From positions 130,149-194,148 of the forward strand of contig OZ242205.1 in assembly GCA_965206285.1 (NCBI GenBank): a stretch of DNA of 64,000 nucleotides, given 5' to 3'. The position numbers were made by a program, and so were the translations under genes. A model generated the notes under the pieces. The model was given only the letters and a program-made list of their open reading frames with translations, was not told the DNA's origin and ran no database searches. The stretch is from Vicinamibacterales bacterium. Lineage in GTDB: Bacteria > Acidobacteriota > Vicinamibacteria > Vicinamibacterales > UBA8438. Below, one piece after another: positions 29,113-39,171 of the stretch (within the stretch, counting starts at the first letter, position 1; each line of letters opens with the position of its first letter).

Positions 29113-29808
29113 ATGGAGCCGAGGGCAGTCGGGACGGAGGGGGCGGCGTCCTCCGGTTTTCTCGACCTCCGGACCATCGAGGCACCACGGACCGATGTCC
29201 ACCGCCGGTTCCCCGCCGGGTCGCTGACCCCGGACGGCGACCGGCAGTATCGGGTCGCCTGCGTGGTCACCCTCGATCTGCTGGTCCGGAAGGGCGGAAG
29301 CCAGTATCGGCTGTCGGGTCGGATCCAAGGCGATCTGGAGCTCGATTGCAGTCGGTGTGACCCGGACGGCGACCGGCAGTATCGGGTCGCCTGCGTGGTC
29401 ACCCTCGATCTGCTGGTCCGGAAGGGCGGAAGCCAGTATCGGCTGTCGGGTCGGATCCAAGGCGATCTGGAGCTCGATTGCAGTCGGTGTCTGGAGCCCT
29501 TCCGCCTTGAAGTCGGCGTGGACGTAGACCTCCTGTATCTGCCCGCCTCCGAGAACCGCGGCGACGCTGAGGTCCGGATCGAGGAAGAGGACCTGAGCAC
29601 CGCGTTCTACCGGGACGAAGAGATCGACTTGAGGCATCTGGTTCAGGAGCAGTTCCAGCTCGTGTTGCCGATGAAGCCGCTGTGCCGCACGGACTGCCGG
29701 GGACTCTGCATCGTCTGCGGAGGCAACCGGAACGCGGTCCCGTGTCAATGTGTCGACACCTGGGAGGACCCCAGACTGGCCGGGCTGAAACAGCTGTTGA
29801 AACATTAG
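29113..29808 (+). CDS. yceD: YceD/DUF177 protein carrying an internal 44-aa duplication
   Basis: ATG 29113 (GTG 29077 is an alternative). C-terminal LPMKPLCRTDCRGLCIVCGGNRN..C.C cluster of DUF177. Usual position upstream of rpmF. Confidence 0.8.
   Translation: MEPRAVGTEGAASSGFLDLRTIEAPRTDVHRRFPAGSLTPDGDRQYRVACVVTLDLLVRKGGSQYRLSGRIQGDLELDCSRCDPDGDRQYRVACVVTLDLLVRKGGSQYRLSGRIQGDLELDCSRCLEPFRLEVGVDVDLLYLPASENRGDAEVRIEEEDLSTAFYRDEEIDLRHLVQEQFQLVLPMKPLCRTDCRGLCIVCGGNRNAVPCQCVDTWEDPRLAGLKQLLKH
29229..29492 (+). repeat. perfect 132-bp in-frame tandem duplication inside yceD
   Basis: 29229-29358 is identical, base for base, to 29361-29490 (130 nt, 132-bp period). The peptide DGDRQYRVACVVTLDLLVRKGGSQYRLSGRIQGDLELDCSRC is encoded twice. 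Confidence 0.95.
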
Positions 29809-29838
29809 GGCGGCAGCACCGGAGGATTCGAGAAAGAC

Positions 29839-30021
29839 ATGGCCAATCCGAAACGACGGCACTCCAAATCACGCACGGCGAAGCGCCGTACGCATCAGAA
29901 TCTCGACCCGGTGCACCTGGGCGAGTGCCCGCAGTGTCACGAGCAGAAGCCGCCGCATCAGGTGTGCTCGCACTGTGGCTACTACCGTGGCCGTCAGGTA
30001 CGGCCGATCAAGGAGTCCTGA
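29839..30021 (+). CDS. rpmF: 50S ribosomal protein L32
   Basis: 60 aa. MANPKRRHSKSRTAKRR...CPQCHEQK...CSHCGYYRG. Confidence 0.95.
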   Translation: MANPKRRHSKSRTAKRRTHQNLDPVHLGECPQCHEQKPPHQVCSHCGYYRGRQVRPIKES

Positions 30022-30070
30022 TCCGGCGCTCTGCGGGTCGGGATCGTTCGCCCATCGTCGAAGCCTGTCC

Positions 30071-31000
30071 ATGATCGCATTCGTGTTTCCGGGCCAGGGT
30101 TCGCAGCACGTGGGAATGGGGCAGGCGCTTGCCGACCGGTTCCCGGAATGCCGCGAGACGTTCGAGCAGGCCGACGCGGCGCTCGGGATCGGCATCAGTA
30201 CGCTCTGCTTCGAGGGGCCGGCCGATCAGCTCGTTCTGACCGAGCATACCCAGCCGGCGCTGCTCACCGTCTCGACGGCGGCGGCGCGGGCGCTGATCGG
30301 TCGAGGGGTGCGGCCCGGCTGGCTGGCGGGTCACAGCCTGGGTGAGTACTCGGCGCATGTGGCGGCCGGCACCCTGTCGTTCGGCGACGCGGTGCGCACG
30401 GTGTGCAACCGGGGGCGTTACATGCAGGACGCGGTGCCCGTCGGGGACGGAGCCATGGCCGCCGTGATGGGCCTGGACGGGCCGCGGGTGGAACGGGCGT
30501 GCCGGGAGGCGGCCCAGGAGCAGGTGGTGAGCCCGGCGAACCTCAACGCCCCGGGTCAGATCGTCATCGCGGGCGCGGCCGAGGCGGTGCAGCGGGCCGG
30601 TGAGCGCGCGAAGGAGCTCGGCGCCAGACGCGTGCGGCGGCTGCCGGTCAGCGCGCCGTTTCATTGTGCGCTGATGCGGCCTGCCCAGGATCGGCTCGAG
30701 CGGGATCTTCGCGCGCTGGTGGTTTCCGATCCGGCCATCCCGGTCGTCGCAAATCTGGACGCCGAGCCGAAACGGGACGCGGCCGCCGCGATTTCCGCCC
30801 TGGTGGATCAGGTCACGGCGCCGGTCCGGTGGGAGCAGGTTGTTCGGCGCCTTGCGTCGGAGGGTGTCGACACGTATGTTGAGGTAGGCCCGGGGGCGGT
30901 GTTGAGTGGTCTCATCCGGAGAATCGACCGCAGCGCGCGTCTGCTCTCGGTCGCCGACCCGGATGGCGTCGATCAGGCGGTGGCGGCCCTGGCGGCGTGA
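30071..31000 (+). CDS. fabD: malonyl CoA-ACP transacylase
   Basis: ATG 30071. FVFPGQGSQ, active-site GHSLGEYSA, VSAPFHC. Confidence 0.9.
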   Translation: MIAFVFPGQGSQHVGMGQALADRFPECRETFEQADAALGIGISTLCFEGPADQLVLTEHTQPALLTVSTAAARALIGRGVRPGWLAGHSLGEYSAHVAAGTLSFGDAVRTVCNRGRYMQDAVPVGDGAMAAVMGLDGPRVERACREAAQEQVVSPANLNAPGQIVIAGAAEAVQRAGERAKELGARRVRRLPVSAPFHCALMRPAQDRLERDLRALVVSDPAIPVVANLDAEPKRDAAAAISALVDQVTAPVRWEQVVRRLASEGVDTYVEVGPGAVLSGLIRRIDRSARLLSVADPDGVDQAVAALAA

Positions 31001-31011
31001 TCGGGAGCGAT

Positions 31012-31755
31012 ATGCTCGGCAGCCTGCGGGACCGCGTTGCCATCGTGACCGGCGCCTCGCGCGGCATCGGCCGGGCCGTGGCGCGACGGCTCGCGGCGGC
31101 GGGCGCCGCGGTGGTGGCGGCGGCGCGCGGCGACCATGCCGACGGAGTGGCGGCGGAGATTCGCGCCGGCGGGGGGCGGGCGGTCGGCGTCAGCGTCGAC
31201 GTCACCGACCGGCAGCGCATCGATGCGATGGTCCGGACCGCCCTCGACGAGTACGGCCGCATCGACGTGCTGGTCAACAACGCCGGCATCGTCCGCGATC
31301 AGCTCGCGCTCAGGATGTCGCCCGCCGACTGGGACGCGGTCGTCGCCACGAACCTGACGGCGGCGTTCACGTGCGCACGCGCGGTGTTGCGTCCGATGAT
31401 CAGGCAACGCGGCGGTCGCATCATCAACGTCGGTTCGGTGGTGGGGCGCATGGGCAACGCCGGTCAGGTCAACTATGCAGCGTCCAAGGCAGGTCTGGAG
31501 GGGTTCTCGAAGGCACTGGCGCGGGAGGTCGCCTCGCGCGGGATCACGGTGAACGTGGTCGCCCCCGGCATGATCGACACCGACATGACGGCAGGGCTGC
31601 ACGAGTCCGCGCTTGCCGCGATGCTCGCGCAGATACCGATGGGCCGACTGGGAACGACCGATGATGTCGCGGGCGCCATCTGCTTTCTGGCGTCGGACGA
31701 GGCGGCGTACGTTACAGGGCACGTGCTGGCGGTGAACGGTGGAATGTACATGTAG
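31012..31755 (+). CDS. fabG: 3-oxoacyl-ACP reductase
   Basis: ATG 31012 after GGGAG (GTG 30997 is an alternative). TGASRGIG, NNAG and YAASKAG are SDR motifs. Confidence 0.9.
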   Translation: MLGSLRDRVAIVTGASRGIGRAVARRLAAAGAAVVAAARGDHADGVAAEIRAGGGRAVGVSVDVTDRQRIDAMVRTALDEYGRIDVLVNNAGIVRDQLALRMSPADWDAVVATNLTAAFTCARAVLRPMIRQRGGRIINVGSVVGRMGNAGQVNYAASKAGLEGFSKALAREVASRGITVNVVAPGMIDTDMTAGLHESALAAMLAQIPMGRLGTTDDVAGAICFLASDEAAYVTGHVLAVNGGMYM

Positions 31756-31766
31756 GAGGCAAGTGA

Positions 31767-32003
31767 ATGGCGGTTGCTGAAAAAGTGAAGAGCATCATCG
31801 TGGAGCAGCTCGGTGTCGACGATGAAGAGGTGACGTCGGACGCATCGTTCGTGGACGACCTCGGGGCCGACTCGCTCGACACCGTGGAGCTCGTGATGGC
31901 GTTCGAAGAGGAGTTCGGCCTCGAGATACCGGATGAGGACGCGGAGAAGATCACCCGGGTCAAAGAGGCCGTCGAGTACATCGAGGCGCACTCGAAGAAG
32001 TAA
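31767..32003 (+). CDS. acpP: acyl carrier protein
   Basis: 78 aa. [13 protein letters not shown] is the phosphopantetheine attachment motif. Confidence 0.95.
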   Translation: MAVAEKVKSIIVEQLGVDDEEVTSDASFVDDLGADSLDTVELVMAFEEEFGLEIPDEDAEKITRVKEAVEYIEAHSKK

Positions 32004-32020
32004 AGGCGGCTCCGACGGGA

Positions 32021-33268
32021 GTGAATGTGAGCAGGCGGGTTGTGGTGACGGGTGTCGGCCTCGTATCGCCACTCGGTATCGGTACGGCGGCGACCTGGGG
32101 AGCGCTGTGCGAGGGCCGGAGCGGAATCGGCCCGATCACGAAGTTCGACCCGTCCGGCTACGCGGCGCGCATCGCCGGCGAGGTGAAGGGGTTCGACCCG
32201 CTCGCCTTCGTCGCGAAGAAGGACGTCAAGAAGATGGACGTCTTCATCCAGTACGCCATCGCCGCGGCCGATTTCGCGCGCGCCGATGCGCAACTGGAGG
32301 TGACGCCGGATCTGGCGCCCCGCGTGGGCGTGTACATCGCGTCGGGCATCGGTGGGTTCAGCACCATCGAGCGCGAGCACTTGGCGCTGCTCAAGGGCGG
32401 CCCGCGCAAGATCTCTCCCTTCTTCATTCCCGCCACGATCATCAATCTGGCGGCCGGTCAGGTCTCGATTCGCCTGGGCGCGAAGGGGCCGAACTCGGCG
32501 ACCTGCACCGCCTGCTCGGCGTCGGCGCACGCCGTCGGCGACGCGTTCGAGACCATCCTCCGGGGTGATGCGGACGTCATGGTCGCGGGCGGCTCCGAGG
32601 CGGCGATCACCCCCATGGGCGTCGGCGGGTTTGCGGCGATGCGCGCCCTGTCGACCCGCAACGACGAGCCGACCCGCGCCTGCCGCCCCTTCGACCGGGA
32701 TCGGGACGGCTTCATCATCGGCGAGGGCGCCGGCGTCATCATTCTGGAAGAGCGCGGCCGGGCGCTGGAGCGGGGCGCGCCGGTCTACGCGGAGCTCGTC
32801 GGATACGGGATGTCCGCGGACGCCCATCACGTCACCGCGCCGGCCGAGGACGGCGATGGCGCCTTCCGCGTGATGCGGGCGGCCATCCATCAGGCCGGCA
32901 TCGCGCCGGAACGGGTCGACTATATCAATGCGCACGGGACCTCGACGCCGTTCAACGACCGGATAGAGACGCTGGCCATCAAGCGGTGTTTCGGAGAGCA
33001 TGCCTACGACTTGGCGGTGTCGTCGTCGAAGTCGATGACCGGTCATCTGCTGGGGGCCGCGGGAGGGGTCGAAGCCGGGATCATGGCGTTGGCCATGCGG
33101 GAGCAGGTCATCCCGCCGACGATCAATCTCGAGAACCCCGACCCCGACTGCGACCTCGACTACGTCCCCAACGTGAAGCGGCCGGCCTCGATGGAGTACG
33201 CCCTGTCGAACTCGTTCGGGTTTGGCGGGACCAACGCCTCGCTGCTGTTCAGACGCCACCATGCCTGA
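32021..33268 (+). CDS. fabF: 3-oxoacyl-ACP synthase II
   Basis: 415 aa. Active-site ATCTACSAS, HGTSTP, SMTGHLLGAAG. The start is GTG 32021 or 32027. Confidence 0.9.
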   Translation: MNVSRRVVVTGVGLVSPLGIGTAATWGALCEGRSGIGPITKFDPSGYAARIAGEVKGFDPLAFVAKKDVKKMDVFIQYAIAAADFARADAQLEVTPDLAPRVGVYIASGIGGFSTIEREHLALLKGGPRKISPFFIPATIINLAAGQVSIRLGAKGPNSATCTACSASAHAVGDAFETILRGDADVMVAGGSEAAITPMGVGGFAAMRALSTRNDEPTRACRPFDRDRDGFIIGEGAGVIILEERGRALERGAPVYAELVGYGMSADAHHVTAPAEDGDGAFRVMRAAIHQAGIAPERVDYINAHGTSTPFNDRIETLAIKRCFGEHAYDLAVSSSKSMTGHLLGAAGGVEAGIMALAMREQVIPPTINLENPDPDCDLDYVPNVKRPASMEYALSNSFGFGGTNASLLFRRHHA

Positions 33269-33304
33269 CGCCGGCGGATCGGCGCGACGCGAGAAAAGGA
33301 ACGG

Positions 33305-34066
33305 ATGAGAATCGCCGTCTGTGTCAAGCAGGTCGTGACCCGCGAGTGGCCGCTTCGGGTCGACGAGGCCCGTACCTGGGTCCAGGATCGGGACGCCAGC
33401 TTCGAGATGAACGAGCCGGACGCCTATGCCCTGGAAGAGGCGCTTCGGCTCAAGGAGCAGCATGGCGGGGAAGTGGTGGTCTGCTCCGCCGGCCCGGCCC
33501 GGGTGGGCCAGGTGGTCCGGGAAGCGTTGGCCCGCGGGGCGGACCGGGCGATTCGGGTCGAAGGCGACCGCCTGGCCACCGCGGACGCGGCCATGGTCGC
33601 CGAGGCGCTGGCCGCCGCCATTCGCGAGGAGCAGTTCGACCTCGTCCTGACCGGTCTGCAGTCGGATGACCAGGGCTTCGCCCAGACCGGCGTCGTCCTG
33701 GCCGAGCTGCTCGGCATCCCCCATGCGACGATCATCATGGAGGTGCAGGTCGCCGACGGGCGCCTGCGGGTGAAGCGGGAGCTGGAAGGCGGGTGGTTCC
33801 AATGGGTCTCGATGCCCACGCCCGCCCTGCTGACGATTCAGAGCGGAATCAACCAACTGCGCTACGCCACCCTCAAGGGCATCATGGGCGCGAAGCGGAA
33901 GGACGTCCGGGTGGTCGAGGCGGCCGCCGATCTGGTCCCGCGACAGGAGATTCTCGAGATTCGGGTGCCAGAGAAGACCAAGCAGACGCGGATGATCGCC
34001 GGCTCACCGACCGACGCGGCGGCCGAGCTGGTCAAGTTGCTCCGGGAAGAAGCGCGAGTGATCTGA
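33305..34066 (+). CDS. etfB: electron transfer flavoprotein beta subunit
   Basis: 253 aa with ETF-beta layout (MRIAVCVKQV..., LTGLQSDD). Paired with etfA. Confidence 0.9.
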   Translation: MRIAVCVKQVVTREWPLRVDEARTWVQDRDASFEMNEPDAYALEEALRLKEQHGGEVVVCSAGPARVGQVVREALARGADRAIRVEGDRLATADAAMVAEALAAAIREEQFDLVLTGLQSDDQGFAQTGVVLAELLGIPHATIIMEVQVADGRLRVKRELEGGWFQWVSMPTPALLTIQSGINQLRYATLKGIMGAKRKDVRVVEAAADLVPRQEILEIRVPEKTKQTRMIAGSPTDAAAELVKLLREEARVI

Positions 34067-34091
34067 CCCCGGACCCAGTGAGCGCATCGTA

Positions 34092-35051
34092 ATGGTACTA
34101 GTCATAGCCGAACAACGAGACGGAGTCCTGAACAACGCGAGCTGGGAGGCGCTGGTGGCCGCCCAGCAGATCGGCGAGCCGGTGCGCGTCGCCGTCGCCG
34201 GCGCGGGCATGGCCGCGGTGGGAGCCGAACTGGCGGCGGCCGCGGTCGAGTCGGTCCTCACCGTCGATCACCCCGAGCTCGAGTCCTATACCCCCGATGG
34301 CTTCGTGGCCGCGTTCGCCGCGGTGGTGGCGGGCACCGCTCCGGAGCTCGTCCTGTTGGCGCATACCTATCAGACCCGCGAGTTCGCCCCCCGGCTGGCC
34401 GCGCGGCTCGGTCGCTCGCTGATCGCCGACTGTGTCGGGGTCAGGCCGCGGGATGGCCGGCTGGCGTTCGTGCGTCCGATGTTTCAGGGGAAGTTCGTGG
34501 CCGACGTCGCCGCCACCGGCCCCGCGCCGCACTTCGCCAGCTTCCAGATCGGCGCGTTCCGGCCGGATGCGCTGAATCGGGGGGCGGCGCCCGCCCCGGT
34601 GACTCCGTTCGCGGTGACGCTGGAGCCCGGCACGATTCGGCAGGCGGTCGAGGCGCCGTTCCAGGAGGCCAAGCAGGCGGTGGACCTCACCCAGGCGGAA
34701 CGGATCGTGGCCGTCGGCCGCGGGATCAAGGGCCGGGAACACCTGAATGTGGTCGAATCCCTCGCGAACGCGCTGGGCGCCGAGGTCGCGGCGTCGCGGC
34801 CGATCTGCGATTCCGGCTGGCTGCCGATGGATCGCCAGGTTGGCAGCTCGGGCCAGACCGTCGCCCCGAAGCTCTATCTGGCGCTGGGCATTTCCGGCGC
34901 GATTCAGCATCTGGTGGGCATGAAGGGCTCCCGCACCATCGTGGCGGTGAACAAGGACGCCGACGCCCCCATCTTCGAAGTTGCCGACTACGGCATCGTC
35001 GGCGACCTGTTCGACGTGGTGCCCGCGATAATCGCGGCCCTCGACGCCTGA
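34092..35051 (+). CDS. etfA: electron transfer flavoprotein alpha subunit
   Basis: 319 aa. GISGAIQHLVGM and IVAVNKDADAPIF belong to the FAD domain. Confidence 0.9.
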   Translation: MVLVIAEQRDGVLNNASWEALVAAQQIGEPVRVAVAGAGMAAVGAELAAAAVESVLTVDHPELESYTPDGFVAAFAAVVAGTAPELVLLAHTYQTREFAPRLAARLGRSLIADCVGVRPRDGRLAFVRPMFQGKFVADVAATGPAPHFASFQIGAFRPDALNRGAAPAPVTPFAVTLEPGTIRQAVEAPFQEAKQAVDLTQAERIVAVGRGIKGREHLNVVESLANALGAEVAASRPICDSGWLPMDRQVGSSGQTVAPKLYLALGISGAIQHLVGMKGSRTIVAVNKDADAPIFEVADYGIVGDLFDVVPAIIAALDA

Positions 35052-36715
35052 TGGAGCGCGAAACCCTCGACGTCGACATCCTGATCGTCGGTGGCGGTCC
35101 GGCCGGAATGTCGGCGGCCATCCGTCTCGCCGCGCTCCAACGGCGGGAGGGGGGCGAGCCCCTCGCCGTCGCGGTGCTCGAGAAGTCCCGCCAGAGCGGC
35201 TCGCACATGCTGTCCGGGGCGGTCCTCGACCCGTCCGGCCTCGACGTGCTGCTGCCGGACTGGAAAGAGCGCGGGGCGCCGGTCGAGACGCCGGTGAAGC
35301 AGGACCGCATCTACTATCTGACCGCGAGCTCCCAGTTCCGGGCGCCGATCACGCCGCCGCCCCTGCGCAACCACGGGAACTACGTCATCTCCCTCAACCG
35401 GTTCGTCCGCTGGCTCGGCGAGCAGGCCGAGGCGGAGGGCATCGACGTCTTCACGGGGTTCGCGGGCACGGAGGTGCTCTACGACGGCGACCGCGTGGTC
35501 GGGGTCAGGACCGGCGACCGGGGCCTGGACAAGCAGGGCCGGCAGAAGGGCGCCTTCGAGCCGGGGGTCGACATCAGGGCCGCCGTCACCATCTTCGCCG
35601 ACGGCGTGCGCGGCAACCTCACGAAGACCCTCATCCGGAAGCAGGGGCTCGACGCCGGGGCGCCGCAGACCTATGCCATCGGCATCAAGGAGCTGTGGCA
35701 GATTCCGCCGGATCGGGAGGCGCCGGGCACCGTCATCCACACGATGGGCTATCCGCTGCGGAGCGAGGAGTTCGGCGGCGGTTTCATCTACGTGCTGCCC
35801 GAGGGGCGGGTCGCGATCGGGCTCGTGGCGGGACTCGACTACCGGGACCCGCGGTTCGATCCGCACCTGGCGTTCCAGCGGTTCAAGCAGCATCCCCTCG
35901 TGGCCGGCCTCCTCGCCGGCGGCGAGATGACCCGCTATGGCGCGAAGGCCCTGCCGGAGGGGGGCTGGTACGCCATTCCCCGGTGCCACCTCGACGGGGC
36001 GCTGATCGTCGGCGACGCCGCGGGGTTCCTCAACTCCATGCGGCTGAAGGGCATCCACCTCGCGATGCAGAGCGGCATCCACGCCGCCGACGCCGCCTTC
36101 GCGGCGGTGCGGGCCGGCGACGTGTCGGCGTCGCAGCTGGTGAAGTACCGGGATCTCATCAACCACGGCGGCATCCGCCGCGAGCTGTATCCGGTTCGCA
36201 ATGTCCATCAGGCGTTCGGGGCGGGCCTGGCCGCGGGCGCCGCGTTCGCGGGGCTGGCGTGGCTGACCAAAGGGCGGTGGCCGGCCAAACCGCTGTCGAG
36301 CGAGGCCGGCCACGAGCGGCTGGCCAGGCTCGCCGACTACTATCCCGAGGGGCCGGCCGATCCGGACAGCGCGAGCAACGCCGTCAAGGTGGACCGCGCG
36401 CTGACCTTCGACAAGCTCACCAACGTGCACTACTCGGGAACCCGCCACGACGAGGACCAGCCGGTCCACCTGCTCGTGCAGGACACCGACGTCTGCCGCA
36501 CCCGATGCCGCGAGGAGTACGGCAACCCGTGCGTGCGCTTCTGTCCCGCCAACGTCTACGAGATGGTGGACGACGGGACGGGCACCGGCCGCCGGCTGCA
36601 GATAAACGCGTCGAACTGCGTCCACTGCAAGACGTGCGACATCATGGACCCCTACCAGATCATCGACTGGGTGCCTCCCGAGGGCGGCGGCGGTCCCGAG
36701 TACGAAGGGATGTAG
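35051..36715 (+). CDS. electron transfer flavoprotein-ubiquinone oxidoreductase
   Basis: ATG 35051 overlaps the etfA stop (TGATG). GGGPAGMSAA FAD site and C-terminal CVHCKTCDI ferredoxin-like motif. Confidence 0.9.
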   Translation: MERETLDVDILIVGGGPAGMSAAIRLAALQRREGGEPLAVAVLEKSRQSGSHMLSGAVLDPSGLDVLLPDWKERGAPVETPVKQDRIYYLTASSQFRAPITPPPLRNHGNYVISLNRFVRWLGEQAEAEGIDVFTGFAGTEVLYDGDRVVGVRTGDRGLDKQGRQKGAFEPGVDIRAAVTIFADGVRGNLTKTLIRKQGLDAGAPQTYAIGIKELWQIPPDREAPGTVIHTMGYPLRSEEFGGGFIYVLPEGRVAIGLVAGLDYRDPRFDPHLAFQRFKQHPLVAGLLAGGEMTRYGAKALPEGGWYAIPRCHLDGALIVGDAAGFLNSMRLKGIHLAMQSGIHAADAAFAAVRAGDVSASQLVKYRDLINHGGIRRELYPVRNVHQAFGAGLAAGAAFAGLAWLTKGRWPAKPLSSEAGHERLARLADYYPEGPADPDSASNAVKVDRALTFDKLTNVHYSGTRHDEDQPVHLLVQDTDVCRTRCREEYGNPCVRFCPANVYEMVDDGTGTGRRLQINASNCVHCKTCDIMDPYQIIDWVPPEGGGGPEYEGM

Positions 36716-36716
36716 C

Positions 36717-37406
36717 GTGGGCGGCGCTCCGCGCGCAACCTCCACGTCCCTCACCCCCTGGCAGCTCGTCCAGGCGCGGGCCATCGCCGGGGCCGGCGCG
36801 CCGCTCATCGGGCTGCTCTGCCGGACCCTGCGCTGGCGCGTCGAGGGCATGGACCACTACGACGCCATCGTGGCGAGCCGGCGCGAGCCCATCTTCGCGT
36901 TCTGGCACGGGCGCATTCTGCCTGCCACCTGGTTCTGGCGCGACCGCGGCATCGTGGTCATGACCAGCCAGAACTTCGACGGCGAGTGGATCGCCCGCAT
37001 CATCCGGCGCTTCGGGTACGGCACCGCCCGCGGTTCGACCTCCCGTGGCGCCCGGCGCGCCCTCGTCCAGCTCAAGCGGGATGTCGCGGCGGGCCGGCCT
37101 GCCGCGTTCACCGTCGACGGCCCCCGCGGCCCGGCGCGCCGCGTCCAGCCCGGCGCGGTCTGGCTCGCGGGGGCGACCGGCAACCCGATCCTGCCCTTCC
37201 ACATCGAGGCCGAGCGCCACTGGTCGGCGTCGAGTTGGGACCGGACCCAGATTCCGCGGCCCTTCAGCTCCATGGCGGTGGCCATCGGCGCCCCGTTCGA
37301 GGTGCCCGACCCGTCCGAGGACGGCGTGGTCGAGGCGCATCGATCCGCGCTCGAGCACGTGCTCTCCACGCTGGCCGACCGCGCGGCGGCGATGTTGCGA
37401 GCGTAG
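36717..37406 (+). CDS. DUF374 (lysophospholipid acyltransferase-like) protein
   Basis: GTG 36717. FAFWHGR, SQNFDGEWIA, RGSTSRG, TVDGPRGP. Confidence 0.75.
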   Translation: MGGAPRATSTSLTPWQLVQARAIAGAGAPLIGLLCRTLRWRVEGMDHYDAIVASRREPIFAFWHGRILPATWFWRDRGIVVMTSQNFDGEWIARIIRRFGYGTARGSTSRGARRALVQLKRDVAAGRPAAFTVDGPRGPARRVQPGAVWLAGATGNPILPFHIEAERHWSASSWDRTQIPRPFSSMAVAIGAPFEVPDPSEDGVVEAHRSALEHVLSTLADRAAAMLRA

Positions 37407-37547
37407 GGGGCAACCCTGTTCGGGTGACGCTGCCTGCCGCGCGAGGCGGTAGATCAGCGGCATAGCTTGCGGGGAGTCGCGAGGACCGCTCGCAGGGGCA
37501 CGGCGCGGCCTGATACGTGGACGCTCCGTTGCGCAAGACGCGCCGCG

Positions 37548-39086
37548 TCAGGACGCCGGCGGCCGGCAGGCGAAGCTCGCGGCCTCGTCGATGTCGCCGT
37601 CGCCCGTGTATCGGGCGACCTCGGGATACGGGCAGACCGGTCGGGTCATCAGCACCTCGCCGTTGCGGTCGACGCGCCGGCCGACCAGGCGCCCGGGGGC
37701 CTCCCCGGTCTCGACCCAGGCCACCAACGGCGGCAACGCGTCGATGGTGTTGATGCCCCGCCCGCCTCCGCAATGGAACATGCCGGGGACCATGAAGAGC
37801 CGGTAGAAGTCGGCGGCGTCGAGCGTCTCCCCCAGCACATTCTCGTAGTAGTTCACCGCCATCAGCGGATTGAGCGCGGTATCCGACCAGCCGTGATACG
37901 TGATCATCCGGCCCCCGGCGTCGCGGAACCGGGTGAGGTCGGGGTCGGTGGCGTCGAGGATGCCGCGAATGGCGTCCATCCGGTAGGGGTCCTCATCGAA
38001 GTCGAACTGCTCGAGCGACCACTCGGGGTCGTCCTGCGGGAACGCCATGTAGCGCATGAAGGTGACCCCGAAGCGCTCCAGCAACGGTGACCCGCCTCCC
38101 GGGGCCACGAACCAGCCGCCCCACCCGCTCGTCCGCGACGCGGCCGAGCCGAGCGGGTCGCCGAGTTCGGCGCCCACCGGCTGACCGGGAAAGTACGGCT
38201 CGCCGCGGCTGACGACGCCGCCGTAGATCTTCGTCAGCGCGGCGCTCTGTCCCTCGGTGAGGCAGTCCACGCGGTCTGCGCCCTCGCACCGCGGGTAGTC
38301 CGTCCGGGGGTCGAAGCGGCATTGCCGCGGATCGTCGATCAGGCCGTCCTCGAGGCCGTCGAGGCCGTCGCACGCCGCGTAGATCGCCTCGCCGACCCGG
38401 GCGATCTTCTCGATCCCGACCGGGTGCTCGCGCAGCGCTCGCGACGACCACACGCCGCCGATCTGGGTATTCGTGAAATCGAGCACCGGCGCGCCGGCGA
38501 CGATGCCGTCGAAGTCTTCGGGGAACCGTTGCGCCGACATGAGGCCCTGGCGCCCGCCGGTGGAGCAACCGAGCCAGTAGTCGTAGTCGGCGGGCCGGCC
38601 GTAGTGTTCGCCGATGAGCGCCTTGACCTCGACCGCGGTCAGGTGGACCGCGCGGTAGGCGTAGTCGAGCTCGCCGTCCCGGTTGTCGTACGCGAAGCTG
38701 GCCAGAGGATAGCGGGCCGCATCGTGCCCGGTGTCGGTGGAGGCGGTGGCGTAGCCCTGGTCCCGTAGCGGGTCGTCGCGTCCCTTCACCGGCTGCTGGC
38801 CGGCGTAGCCGCCCCCGCCCCGCATGACGAATCGCCCGTTCCAGTGCGTCGGCAGGCTCGCGGCGAAGCGGATATTGGGCCGGATCATCGCGTCAACCCA
38901 GCAGTACTCCGTGTCGGCGCCGGGGTTCATCAGCTCGGCGTCCATGACGCTGACGTCGAAGTCGGTGCGCGAGAGGAAGCTGGCGCACGCGTGCGGCGCG
39001 GGTGTCGTCGCCGCGGACGGATCGGTTCCGCAGCCCGGGCCGGCCGCAGCAAGACCGAGCATCAGGCACTGGGGGAGGCGCATCAT
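37548..39086 (-). CDS. tannase/feruloyl esterase family alpha/beta hydrolase, lipoprotein-like
   Basis: ATG-ATG at 39086. Signal ...LGLAAAGPGC, nucleophile elbow LGCSTGGRQG, Cys-rich lid. The longer track ORF up to 39296 is rejected. Confidence 0.8.
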   Translation of the reverse strand: MMRLPQCLMLGLAAAGPGCGTDPSAATTPAPHACASFLSRTDFDVSVMDAELMNPGADTEYCWVDAMIRPNIRFAASLPTHWNGRFVMRGGGGYAGQQPVKGRDDPLRDQGYATASTDTGHDAARYPLASFAYDNRDGELDYAYRAVHLTAVEVKALIGEHYGRPADYDYWLGCSTGGRQGLMSAQRFPEDFDGIVAGAPVLDFTNTQIGGVWSSRALREHPVGIEKIARVGEAIYAACDGLDGLEDGLIDDPRQCRFDPRTDYPRCEGADRVDCLTEGQSAALTKIYGGVVSRGEPYFPGQPVGAELGDPLGSAASRTSGWGGWFVAPGGGSPLLERFGVTFMRYMAFPQDDPEWSLEQFDFDEDPYRMDAIRGILDATDPDLTRFRDAGGRMITYHGWSDTALNPLMAVNYYENVLGETLDAADFYRLFMVPGMFHCGGGRGINTIDALPPLVAWVETGEAPGRLVGRRVDRNGEVLMTRPVCPYPEVARYTGDGDIDEAASFACRPPAS

Positions 39087-39171
39087 GCCCGGGATTATGT
39101 CATCGGCGGCGTGGCAGTGGCTCCGCTGGATGCGACCGGCGCGGCATCCCGCGGAGCTGCTCCGCGGTTGC

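Noticed and set aside
39149-39167. 8-bp-stem hairpin CCGCGGAG-ctg-CTCCGCGG just downstream of the LOG-family gene as a terminator
   Set aside because: No U-tract on either strand and a minimal 3-nt loop. Not enough to call an intrinsic terminator.
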